64,000 bases of DNA, from NCBI GenBank assembly GCA_964016885.1, contig OZ024740.1, positions 298,344,001-298,408,000 of the forward strand, in the 5' to 3' direction. The notes beneath the pieces are model-generated. The model ran no database searches and was not told the origin of the DNA. It was given only the letters and a program-made list of their open reading frames with translations. The position numbers and the translations under genes were made by a program. This DNA comes from Eledone cirrhosa (Eukaryota). Shown piece after piece: positions 14,301-28,000 of the stretch; the stretch's first letter is position 1; each line of letters opens with the position of its first letter.

Positions 14301-17300
14301 TTTCGAGATTTATTTTATGAAAAAAATAGCGTCTGCCACACTGGGAAACATGGTAATTGTAGAAAATACTCATATGTATTTAGTAATATTCCTTACATTC
14401 TGAATTCAAATACCGTTGGAGTCAGCTTTACCTTCATCTTGGAAGGATGAAGGACAAAAGTACTAGGGTAAAAAAAAAAATTTCTTTTTACCACCTTGAA
14501 AAAAATGTGTGGCTTTGTGCCTAAGTTAGAAATCAATATTACAAATATTCTAGGTTGATTATTTTACTCAGCAAACCAAATCAAACTACAAGAATGTTCA
14601 CAATGCAGACCCATTATATCCACAAGCAGAAGAACCGCTCTTCGGGCAGTTTTCTGCTAGTATATATAGTGTGTATATTGATATACGCAAATATATATGC
14701 ACATAGATATAATACGTAAATTGACAATATGCACATAAACTGAACAAAGACTGTGTTACACTTACTTGTGTAATCAGTAAAGTAATCCATGATACATTTA
14801 AAAAAAGGCGATAATGGAGATGGAAAAGCAATGCAACTGTTGACGGAAAATGTTCATGAATCTTCACTTGAGAATGTTGATGGGAAGCTCCAAGCAGTGA
14901 ATTTGAAAATAGATGCTGCTGGTATGAATGAATGAATTACATTTACCAATATGAAGAGTTGACCTTCGCTATATTGTTGTTTTACTGTATTTACATATAG
15001 ACTTCTTAAGTTTTTGTAGTGTCCCTTTTCTAGCAGTTAAAAAGAAACTGAAATGCATTTCAACTAAAAGAGAGTGATAGCTGTTTCACATCACTGTAGA
15101 ATTTCTTTGTGACACAGTTGTCAACAAACAGACTCCTTTCATTTAATATTTTAATATTTTCTTTTTTTTTCTAACTCGTGATAATGCAACATACACCTGA
15201 CCATGTGAGAAGAATTGTGTTGGTAGATATACACCTATCTTTTCAAATGTCTGGCCTTGTGCCTTGTTGCATGTAAGGGCAAAGGCTGGTTTGACAGGAA
15301 CTTGCTTGCAAGTAAAGGTGAAAGGGAACTCAAGCTCTTGAGATACATGTGGTATCCTTGGGATTAGCAACCTTGTTCCAGCATTGGGACCCAATGCCAC
15401 TTCAGCTTCAATTAAATGATTATGTAAACTGATGATGATGTAGTGTGTACTATTGCAATGATCGTTTAGAGGATCCAGATTTCTCAGAAGCATGATGCAA
15501 CTGCCTTCAGTTTAAGTATGTGTGTTGGGAAGCCTGATGGGGTAAGTTTGTTGATGAACTTAATTGGATATTGCAGTTCATTATCTACTGTATCAGAGCT
15601 TCTGTAGATTATTTCATGACCAGGGAACTTGTTGACCATGAACTCATTCACCAATCTTGCTGCATCATTTGTTGGAGTGATAATGGCTCTATTTGCAAGC
15701 CATAGTGGGTTTGTGTAGTTTCCTGGAAGATTTGTATACACAAAATGTCCAGACACATTACTATATTCCAGACATTTGGCAGAAGAATTGGGAATGCACC
15801 TACAGTTGGAACAGTTAGAATGTTACCATTTCCCACATCAAGAAGGTAGTTTGCAATCCTCTGCATTAATTAACTGTTGATTGGTTGTCATCTCCATGGT
15901 TTCCACATAGGATCTCTTGTTGGTTGCCTCAACTATTTGTGGTCTAGCACCATGATGTACAACTGGAAGAATTTGCTTCCAGTCACCAGATAGTAATACT
16001 GTTAGACCACCAAATGGCTTTTTGCAATCTCGAACATCTTTGAAGCTCCTGTCAAGGCATTCAAAGATATGCTTATGTCCCAAACCTATCTCATCAATGA
16101 TTAGCAGGTCAGCTTGCTGCATAAGTTTACCTGTGTCATCCCTCTTTGTGAAGAAGCAAGTTGATTCAGCAGTCACATTGAGAGGAATCTTGCACTTGGA
16201 ATGAAGAGTTCTACCTTTGTGAAGCAAAGTGGCTGCTATTCCAGATATGGCAGTGGCAAGTGCAATTTTTTTTTTAGATCGGAGGTAATCCAATAGGATG
16301 TTTATGACATAGGTCTTTCCTGTACCTGCACTTGCATTCAAGCAGAAAATTCTGCCTTCATTTTCATTTACAGAGGTGATTACTTTGTGAAAAATAACCA
16401 GTTGCTCAGGATTCAATGTTGGCAGAAGTTCATTTATGTTTGCTTACAGTTGGTGTGTATTGAAATCAGTTTCTGCCATAAGAATCCTGTTGATTTCTGG
16501 TATGGCAACAATAGTTGGGTCTGGCCGAGAAAGTCCATAGTTGGCATGAATGTCCAAGCAATTATGTTGAAGTTTTTGTTGGGTCTTCTGTCGAACAATC
16601 TGCATGGTTTGCATGGACATGATGTTCATGCATGATATCCTCTGCAAGACAATTCTTCCATTTCTTCCAGAACTGCAGAGGGTCATTTGGCATGCTGTAC
16701 AATAAAATGGTGCAGAAGATCTCTCGCAGCTGAGGAACAAGCGTGATGGATGAAGCCTCTTCCATAGCTTTGTCTTTTTCTCCATCTTCATCTAACAGAC
16801 CAAGTTTCCTGCATGCTTCTTGGAATGTTGGAAATTCAACTCCTTCAATTGTCCTCAAATCTTTGTATGAAGTTGACCTAGCCTTGTGATGTAGGATCAT
16901 CCTGAGGTAATATAATTTAGATTGATGTCTACTGAGAGACACTGTTGGAATGCATCCAAGAGATTCACTAATAAATTGTTGATCACCATCCAGATGTCCC
17001 TTTTTTCTTCTTTGCCACTTTTTGTTTGTCCAAATGAAATATTTAGGAATATCAATATACAATATGTTTTGTGCCAGTGGGTCTCTAATATTCAACTTAG
17101 TCATTGGCTGTCCCCTAGAAACAATATTTTCTTCCTGCCCTCGCTCATACACGACTATTTGTTCCCCAGGTAAATGGCAAGGCAACTTTTCAACTGGCGG
17201 TTTTCGATGATGTAATGGAAATTGACAGATTCTCCAGAATGCTTCACTGGCTGAGATGTACCGTGCATTAATATAGGTCTCAATCTCATTTTGGGCATGG

Positions 17301-18987
17301 ACACAATTTCCTTGATCATCCTTAATAGTGAAAGTGATCTTGTCTGATCCTTTTGTGATGTACTTATATAAGTACTTAACAGCTTTGACACTGTGGACAA
17401 CCTCACAATTGATGTGGCACTGATATCTCAATGAGAGGAAAGGGTTGTATGGAACAATCCAACGAATATCAACAGTAAATTTTTTATCTTTAAGTTGGAT
17501 TGTATGGGTGTGACCGCCATGCTGTCTATCCCTTCTTCTATACTTCGGAAAGGAATTTTCGGCAACAAATGTGGTTTGTCTGAATGCCTTGGGATAACTT
17601 TTTCAGCAATGGCATTGTTGTCCTAGCCCTTCCATACATGAGCACATTATATTAGCTTGTCCACATGGGCCATGAATGTTGCAGGATGTGATGATCTTAT
17701 GCAGAATTTGATTGGTCTCTTTATCAGGAATCTCACAGTACACTACCTGATCAATGGCATCAGGCAGTTTTGGGCTTGCTATCTTCAGCAATTGTCAGCA
17801 GAATATGAGCATGAGTGAGGCCTCGTTTTCTGCCACTCTATTGTAGCAGAATGAGCCACAACTTTTTCTAGGACATTTTTTTCCAGTATGTCATCCATGA
17901 GGCTGTCATACTTGATCTTGAAGACTCTTGCACAAATATCAGGACGGTCTCTAGGTTCTTCACCAGGGTGCAAACTATTTTTTATTTCATCCCAGTTAGG
18001 GTTAGTTGTTACCGTGATGAAATAAGATGGCTTTCCCATATGTCGAACCACAGTCATCGAATTCTGAAAGCACTCACTGTAGAAGTGAGGGGAACCATAG
18101 ATTGAAGGAGGAAGAACAATTCTCCAGCCTGCACTTATTTCAGACGTTAGACTGTGCCCATGCTGAGGTACCACGATTAAAGGATTTTCTTGACCTCAAT
18201 TCCAGTACATATATTTTAAAATCTTGTACTTATTTTATTGATCTCTTCTATTCTCTTTGAAACGTGTGTGTCTATGTGTTCATATGTATGATGGTGCCCT
18301 ATCGCTTGCGACGAGGATTCTTCCAGCTAGGTTTCTCAAATGGAACTGCTTGAAATTAAGGTGCGAGTGTCTGAGCATTCCATAAACACGTATAACGGAG
18401 GGTTTCAGGGTGGGACTACATTGGTTCTTTGACTTACTGGCAGAGTACACCTTTTTTTACTTTAGTGGAGAGAAGAAAGGCAAAATAAAGTGTCTTGCTC
18501 AAGAACACAATGCACTGATGGGATTCGAACTCTCAACATTACAATCACGAGACACACACATGGACATAAACAGTACGCATGCACAGTACAGCCCAGCCTT
18601 CGCGCATGCACACTTCGGACAGGCCTTTGCACATGCGCAGTGTAAACCAGCCTTCGCACATGCACAGTACGGACCAGACATTGCGCATGCGCACTTCGGA
18701 CCAACCTACACGCATGCGCAGTATGAACCAGACTTCGCACAAGTGCAGTATGGACCAACATTCGTGCATGCGCACTTCGGACCAAAATTCGCGCAGGCGC
18801 ACTTTGGACCAGACATCGCCTATATATATGTCTATGTGTGAATAGATATATTTGTGTGTGTGTGTGTCCGTTAGATGTATTATTGCATTTCATGAATTAC
18901 GAAGCATTTGCAAGTTACTTCACCTGGGGAGGATTAATAATAGCTTCACTAACTTCGAAAAACGATTTGTGTGTGGTGTGGTATGTA

Positions 18988-19038
<51 letters not shown>

Positions 19039-22000
19039 TTGTGTCTGCATCAAACATAATTTATATGCTATTACATTTATATATATCTAATCAATGGGCG
19101 TACAACAATGCTTAATCTAAACTATAATAAAGTAAGAAGCGCAGGACTGCACACGGTTTATAATTTTTTATCCCCTTAGTAAAATAAGTTGGATTACTTT
19201 GAATAAATAATTGTTTCTACTTTTGGCACAAGGCCAGAAATTATTCCAGTGTATTACTGGTACTTTATTTTATCGACCCCGTAGGGATGAAAGGCAAAGT
19301 TAACCTCGGCGGGATTTGAACTCAGACCATAAAGGGCCGTAACTCTTTGCTGCAAAGCACGGCGTCTGACCCTCTACCGATACTGCCAATACACCGCCCT
19401 TACTTTGAATAAATAATGAATGAATATTACAATTTGTCTACTAAATTTTGTGGCTGTTCATTAAATATATTTTATTACTTATTTAAAGATTCATTTTTTT
19501 AAAATTTTCAAATCTCAACACTTCTGGTTAGTGATCGTTTAAATAAATATTCATATATTTCTGTCACTAATTTTCTTCTAATGCAGTTTATATATAATAT
19601 CGTCTTTTTTTTAATGTATCATGGATTACGTTACTGATTACATAAGACAGTGTAACACAGTCTTCGTTCAATTTCTGTGTATATTGTCAATTACGGTTTT
19701 ATTTGATGTATCATATATACTTGTGCATAATATCAATATACACACTACACATGCTAGCAGAAAAACCACCCTTCGGCTGGTTTTTCTGCTAGTTATATTT
19801 ATTTATTAACTTTTTTTTTTTAACTCATTTAATATAACGTTATACTTGTTTTACCCTCCCATTTCTAATTAAACCGAACGCTATCATGACTGTATGTGTG
19901 CGTTTGTGTAAATGTATATGTGTGAATGTATGTATGTTTGTGTGAATGTATGTGTATTTGTGTGAATTATGTACGTGAGTGTGTATTTTTATAAGTTTGT
20001 GTTTGCATCATTATAGTTATATACTCATACATATAGATGTATGTGCACACTCATACACGTCAGTGTGTAGAAAATCATAATCTCTCTCTCTCTCTCATCA
20101 CACACTCTCTCTTTCTATATATATATATATATATATATGGTAGTTGAAGTGGTGGTGGTGGTGGCGATGATATCCCGGAAGTGCAACTTTGAAAAGTCAA
20201 TTTTAGATTATTTAATTTTACAAAATTATTTGTTTACGAAATTTAGTACATAAATTATGTAATATTCATTCATTATTTATTCAAAGTAATCCAACTTATT
20301 TTACTAACTGGATTAAAAGAAATAAACCATACGCAGTCCCACAGCCCTTACTTTATTATAGTTTAGGTATCACGAGCAGAATGGCCCGGCGTTGCTTGGA
20401 ATTCTAAACATAGATTGGCATGTTTATCCCTCCTTTCTGAAATAGTTTCGTCGTATGTTCACCAATGGATGCAGAAGTCCTAATAAAAAGTAAGTCGCCT
20501 TGGGTGAATAGGCAAAGAATTTTCCATTAAGATTTTTCGAAAGCATGTAATTGCATTCCCTCTTTTTTTGTTGTTGTTTTTGCTGCTGTTGGTGTGATAG
20601 CGGCCGTTGGTCGTACTACTATCACAGTCTCGTCCTTCATCAGCCAATCGTGTATATCCCCTTCTGCCTCGTCAGCAATGAGAACAATATTTGCTCTAGG
20701 GTTCTTATATATTTGATATATATTTATCCTTATTGAGCCTCATGAAATAAATACGTTTGTTTATATTTTGTTATTGTGTATGCAAAAATATCTGTACACG
20801 AATATATAATTTTATATATATATTAAAATAACAGATTAAAGTTTAAGCGAAGAATCGCTGCTTTCACCCTTAACGGATCTTCTGAAACTAAAAAAAAAAT
20901 CAATCTGTGAACACAGAAGTAAATATTTCGAAAAACGTTACACACTATATATCATCATCACCGTTTTACGTCCGTTCTTCCACGCTAGCATGGGTTAGAT
21001 GGGTTGTCCTGTTGTGGGCAGTGTCTGGTCGGCTGACCATGCCTTGCTCATACAGGAACTGATTTGGCTTGATTTCTACAGCTGGATGCCCTTCCTAACA
21101 CCAACCTCATTTACAGTGAGTGCTGGGTGCTTTTTCGTGGCGCCTACACGTCCACCTTGCAGTGGGGGGTGTGGGGGGTCATATTGTCTATATGCTTCAG
21201 CTTGTACCCATGGCAGGTCGGGTACTCTGTATTACTGCGTGACGCCAGAGGTCACGGTCGTGTGTCATCGCCTTTGAGAGGTGTAATTGGGTAAGGTCGG
21301 CTTTTATCACCTCATCCCAGGTCATCTTGGGTCTCCCCACTCCGCGGTTTCCATCAACTTCTAGTGCTCTGCACCTTTTTATGCAGCTGTCATCCTTCAT
21401 ACGCATCACATGTCCATACCAGCGCAACCGCCTCTCCTGCACACAGCATTTGATTCCTCTTATGCTCAGTCTCTCTCTCAATTCATTTATGCTTTGTCGT
21501 TCGCGTATATTACTGTTACACATCCATCGGAGCATGCAGGCTTCGTTTCTCTCTAATCTACGTAAGTCTTCCACCTTCAGCGCCCAGGTCTCACTACCAT
21601 GCAACATCGCTGTTCGGATACACGCATCATACAGTCTGCCTTTCATTTTGAGGGAGAAGCCTTTTTCAGCTAGCAGTGGTAGTAGTTCCCTAAACTTCTT
21701 CCATCCCGTTCTTACCCTAGTTATTGTACTTTCTGAACACCCACCTCAGCTGCTAATTCGGTCACCTAGGTAGCAGAAGCTGTCTACTGTTTCTACAGAG
21801 CCCTCCCAGAGATTGGTGGTACTTGTTTCCTGTGGCTGTTTGCTGCTTGCTGTCCCAGCACAGCTGCTGCATGTGAAGCCTACATTCTTAATTAAGCTTC
21901 CTGAGATCCCGCTACATCTCTTGTGTACCCATTGTTTGCATTTGGGGCAGAGAATGGAGTTCCTACCTACACCTTTCCTACATACTGAGCAAGGCCATAC

Positions 22001-25000
22001 TCTGAGGGGATCTGGGTTCTGTTTTCTATATATATATATTGTTTTCTATATATATAAAAACACACTATATATATATATTCACACAAACACAAAGTGTCAT
22101 AATGTTGTAATGCAGACAGCCAGATATTATAAGGGTGCGACGTCATTGCTATCTAATGCGGTCCCTAGGGCATTGAAAATTTGAAATATTTTTTGCTCAA
22201 AACACTCACACGACCATAAGTATTACATGTGTAAAGTTTGAAAAAAAAAAAAAAAAAAATCGGTTGGGTGGTTCTCGAGTTTTAGGGAGACATCTATATA
22301 TCTAAAACAGAGAATATCTGTCTAACAGCCACATGTGTTGTGTCCATAGTCAAGAAAATTCTCAAATGGATCAGTTTATTTAGATGTAATTGTTTTCTGT
22401 AGAATAAGAACTCATCATAGGTTCAAATAATATAAAGTGTTTTGTTAGCTGGCAGTACTGAGTTCAAATCTTAGTTGTAAACAGGTTTTGCAGAATACAA
22501 ACAACTTATAGGTATAAACAATGTAGAGTGTTTTGTAAACTGGCAGTACTGAGTTCATATCTTCATAGGGGTATAGCTTGGAGGTGGATGGGCTCCACCT
22601 AACTGACATCAAAATGTTTAATAGGACCATCATCATCATCATCATTTAACATCTATTTTTCAATGTTAGCATGGGTTAAGCAAGTTGTCAAGATGTGAGC
22701 CAAGCCAGAGCAGATGACTGTGTCTTGCTCACACTGGACTGATTTTGGCTTGGTTTCTACGACTGGATGCCCTTCCTAACACCAACCACATTTACAGTGT
22801 ATGCTGGGTGCTTTTAGTTGTGACACCTACATGACCACTTTACAGTGTGGGCTCAGGACATGGGTGGGGAGAGGGGAGGTAGATCTAGTGATATAGGTAT
22901 AAACAATGTAGAGTGTTTTGTAAGCTGGCAGTACTGAGTTCAAATCTTCATAGGGGTATAGCTTGGAGATGGATGGGCTTCCCCTAACTGACACTGACAT
23001 CAAAATGTTTAATAGTACATCATTATATATGAATAGCTCTCATATCAGTTTTGATGAATTAATGTTCCAATTGTTTGATCAAAAGAATTATCTATTCATT
23101 TCTCTACAGTGTAGTAAGTGAATATACGCAGGGCCGTCTTAACGCATGGGCACGCTGGGCAGTTGCCTGGGGGCCCCACGAGGATAGGGGACCCATTTGT
23201 ATTTTTATTCCTGTGAGTGGTTGTGTAGGTAGGGGCCCCAGTGCTCTGCTTTGCCCGGGGGGCCTATAATGCTGTTAACTTGCAGCCTTAACTTAATATA
23301 TAGGCAGGCTTAGTGTGACAAGGCTTGACCTTTTGAATTACAGGTACACTATGCTATAGGTTTTCACACTCCCCAATTTCACTTATAAAGCATGGTCAAC
23401 TCGAGATTAAGGTAAAAGACTAAAAGTATGTATGTAAAACACACACACACACACACACAACCACCATCATCATCGTTTAACGTCTATCTTCCACGCTCGC
23501 ATGGGTTTAAATGGGAATTGTCCCACTTGAAGCAAGATTGGTTGTCTTGCTCCTATAGGACTGTCTGGCAGGTTTTCTACGGCTGGATGCCCTTCCTAAC
23601 ACCAACCACTTTTACGTTCATATACATACATCATCATCGTTTAACATCCATTTTTCCACGCTAGCATGGGATAGATGAGTTGTGATTGTCCTGCTGTGAG
23701 ACAAGCAAGATCAGATCACTGTGTCTTGCTTGTTTCTGGTTTGGTTTCTATGGCTAGATGCCCTTCCTAACACCAAACATATTTACTGTGTGTACTGGGT
23801 GCCTTTTGTTGTGACACCTACACAACCTCTTTACAGTATATACACACACACAAAGCTTTAAAATCAATTTTTGATAACAACGGAAGATTACCAATTTGTA
23901 GGGAAGGGATAATGTTGATAAAAATGGATGCCATCAACCTGGGAAGGCTGAATTGTAAAATTAATTTCAGTAGAATTTTATCTCAAAATATAGAGGAATG
24001 TCACTGAATAACACAATAGTGATGAAATTTACTGATTCTGTGCTGTTTATTTTTTTTAACAATAATAAAATGAAAGTTATATTTTCCTTGCCATCAGCCT
24101 ACAATGTTGGATTGGCTAATAGCTCATGTTTGTTTTGAGAGAGAGAGAGGGAGAGGGATTAAGTTGTTAAACAAACTAAAAAAGTGTAATTACCATATCA
24201 GCATCTTCGGGCTCAGTTTCTAACCATTCACAGATTAAACTGGTTTTCAGATCTTCAAAAGGCAACTGGTGTATGGAAGCTATCTGTTTGGCCATGTTAT
24301 TGATATCTAGCAATAAAAAAAGTAAACTTATTTTAGATCCCAACAAAATTTGAGAATATGTGCACATATGCACAATGAAGGAATATGGAGCTATTAGGGC
24401 AATTGCTCCTTAATCACAAGTTCAAAATTTGTTAACCCTTTTGTTACCGTATTTCTAATGAAACACATTGCACTTGAATTAATTAATGACCAATTTCGAG
24501 GGATTTACTAAAATTATTAATTATTTCATTTCTAAGATAGTATCTTTAGCATTTACATTACTCTATATTTACTATTACATTTTCATGGTAAAGGCTTTAC
24601 TCACATAATATCTTAGATACTATTGAATCTATGAGATTTTGATATTTATTTTGAGAACAATATCTTAACATCAGTATGAGTGGCCTGTTACAGCCGGTTT
24701 GAATAGAAAGAGGTGAGAAAATTCTGGCCGAATACGGTCGGTTAAATGCTAAAGGGTTAACATGTCTTTTATATTATAATTATATTGGAAAATTTAAATT
24801 CAAACGGGAATATTTTAAAATGGGTTAAAACTATTGCTTTTTCCTTAAAACATGACACACAACTGCTTACCTCAACAAACATGGTTAAAAAAATAGTATC
24901 ACTCGTATAGAGGGAATAAGAAAAATCGTAGGTGAATATAGTGAAAAATCGTAGATGAATATAGTGAATTTTTTACTTGAAAGGTTGGTAGATGAGATGA

Positions 25001-28000
25001 AAATATGAGCAATGTGTGATTTTTAGAAGGTTACAAATCTTTAGGACCGAGCCAAAGGTTTTGTGTAGGGACAAAATGGTGAAGTAATCAAAATAAAACA
25101 GTTGAGCTTTACACATGGAACAATAAAAGTCCAGTAATATATAATTTCTATAAACACCAGAAGGTATACAAACTAGTTTTGCTCAATGACGCAGTTTCTT
25201 AATTCAATACAAAATATCTTTTTGGTTTCATTTTTCTTTACATGGAGACTACATTTTAAGCTTTAAATCTTATAGCAGCATGTGAACAAATATAAACCTG
25301 GTTAGAACATTGGTGAAGGATTTTTGCATCAGATGCTGCGTTACCACAGATTATACAAAGCAGTGTTCACTGGGGTTACTCATAATCATTATCTATAGCA
25401 ATAAGGTTCTTAGAAAAGAAAATGGGTTAACCCTTTAGTATTTGCATTACTCTATATTTACTGTTGTATTCTTGGGGTAAAGACTTTACTTCATAATTAT
25501 CTCCCATAATATTGAATCTATGAGATTTTGGTATTATTTATTTTACCAAATACCTCAGTATCAGTATGAGTGGCCGGTTACACCTGGTTTGAACAGAAAG
25601 AGATGAGAGAATTCTGGCTGGATACGGCCAGTTTAAATGCTAAAGGATTAAAAGGTTTTACTTACCAGGACGTTCATCTAAAATAGAGTCCCAAATTGAA
25701 GGATGCTGGTAGAGTTCAGTTATTAGTTTCTGAGGTTCATAGCACATATCAAGAAACTCAGGCGTGGCCAGTTTGTAGTTGAATAACACTTGCTCGGTTG
25801 CTAGTCTTTGATACAATACCTTAAATTTTTGGTAAGCAGTTTCAGCTTTCTTGCATGTAGACGGCTAGGAGGAGAATATGATTATATTAGTATAACCCTT
25901 ATAAGATATGTGGAGGCACGTGGTCTAGTGATAAGGGTGTTGGACTTATGATCACGAAGTGGATTTGATTCCTGATGTTTGATTTGTGTTGTGTTGATTT
26001 CATGTTGCTTCAGTATACTCAGCTGAAAATGAGTACCAGCAGCAATAGCTGGGAGTTTAACCCTGTGATGGACTGGCATCCTGTACTCTCAGTCACTTCA
26101 CACCACAAAACTGGGATAAGCACCGGCTTGGTGAGCCTTATGGTTTGAGACAGACTTTAGACTCCAGTATTTCAGTTCGATACTTATTTTATTGATATCT
26201 GTTTGTCATACCACTAAGTTACAGAACATGCAGTGATACAACATAAAGAAACACACATTATTATCATTTAATGTCTGCGTTCAAGGTTACTTTGCCTTTC
26301 ATCCTTATGGGGTCAATAAAATAAAGTACCAGTAATACACTGGGTAATTGCTGGCCTTGTGCCAAAAGTAGAAACAATTATCATTTAATGTCTGCATTCC
26401 CTGCTACCACTAGGCCACGCACCGCCATAAAATATACTGGAGTTGATTAAATCCTTAAAGGTTTACATAATGTAGTCACAAGAGCAGATAGAGCTGGAGT
26501 AGTCATTCAACTGAAGTGAGTGTTATGATTATGAGGCAAACAAGTTATATGGATTGACTAGAGCTGTAGTAAGATTTGAATTTGTGAATATATAGTTATG
26601 ACAAAAAGCACCCAGTCCACACTGGAAAGTGGTCATGTAGATGTCGCGACAAAAAGAACCCAGTCCGCACTGTAAAATGGTCGTTTTGGTGCCACAATAA
26701 AAAGCAACCAATCAACACTGTAAAATGGTAGTTTTGGTGCCACAATAAAAAGCCTCCAGTACACACTGTATATGTGGTTGGTGTTAGGAAGGGCATCCAA
26801 CCATAGAAAACAAGCCAAAATCAGTCCAATGTGAGCAAAGCACAATCATCTGATCTGACTTGGCTCACACCTGGACAACTCATCTAATCCACGCTGTCAT
26901 GGAAAAATGGATGTTAAACAGTGATGATGACTATGATAGTCAATAGCTAATCACTTTAATTAAACAACTAGCATGTAGGAAGAGAACTACAGCATCACAT
27001 ACACACATAATTTTCCATGAAAACGTAAGGGACTTTAAAAAAAATATAATCATAAAAATAAAAAACAAAGAGCTTTTACATCGTTTAGGGATTGAAGCCA
27101 TTCATGTGCCAAGGAGACACAGTGTTTGAGAGCTAGTACTTTCTCAGCACCTGGAAAGATAAAAATATACAGATTGTTAAGATATCCCAAATTTATTGGA
27201 AATAGTTAAGCAATATTCACATTGCAAATAGGAATTCAAACAAGAAGAAAAAAACAAAAAAAATATCAAAAATATATTTTATGTTGTCACACAAAATAAA
27301 TAGCTGGCATATACGAAGACCCAGAAGATTCCTGCATAAATTTTGTATTTTGTACTCTACTTCCTGTGTAAATCAATAACAAACTCAACATTTCTCCAAA
27401 TTCAAAGATCACAGCTCCGATACTATGGACATGTGGTTAGAATGTATCAGGAAAGAATCGCTGGAGAGATTTTACGGGCAAAACTAAGCGGCAGGAGACC
27501 CAGAGGTAAGCCCTAAGCAAGGTGGTTGGATAACATTCATTAGCTGGGCCAGTCTCGCTTGGAGATCCAGCTGGATCAGTTGGAGATGGTTGCTTCTGAC
27601 AGGACCCGCTTGAAGAAGTGTTTGAGGACTTCTTATCATGCTGTGTCATGTTACTGTGGAGGCACTGTCGGTTACAACGAGTGTTCCAGTTGATCCAATC
27701 AACGGAACAGCTTGCTAGTGAAATTAACGTGCAAGAGGCTGATCATTCCACAAACACGTGTACCCTTAATGTAGTTCTCCGGGAGATTTGGCGTGATATA
27801 GAATGTGACAAGGCTAGCTCTTCGAATTACAGGTACAACTCACTTTTGCCAGCTGATTGAACTGGAGCAACGAGAAATAAAGTGTCTTGCTCAAGGACAC
27901 AGCATGCTGCCGGGAATCGAACTCATGACTTTATGATTGTGAGCCACAAAGCCATGCGCCTTCATGTTACTGTACACAAAGACTAAACAACAGATTTGAT

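Larger units (their letters stand above)
14623..20367 (-). mobile_element. Helitron, decayed autonomous-type element
   Basis: RepHel coding remnants; putative 5' end A|CCTAAACTATAATAAAG at 20367 (TC mutated); 3' hairpin ending CTTG|T at 14623. Confidence 0.75.

Noticed and set aside
18410-18841. 143-aa ORF with a 9-aa His/Ala repeat as a novel protein, or the array as CRISPR-like
   Set aside because: Open frames on both strands follow from a stop-free 27-bp repeat; the ORF start lies in a SINE; there are no unique spacers and the DNA is eukaryotic.
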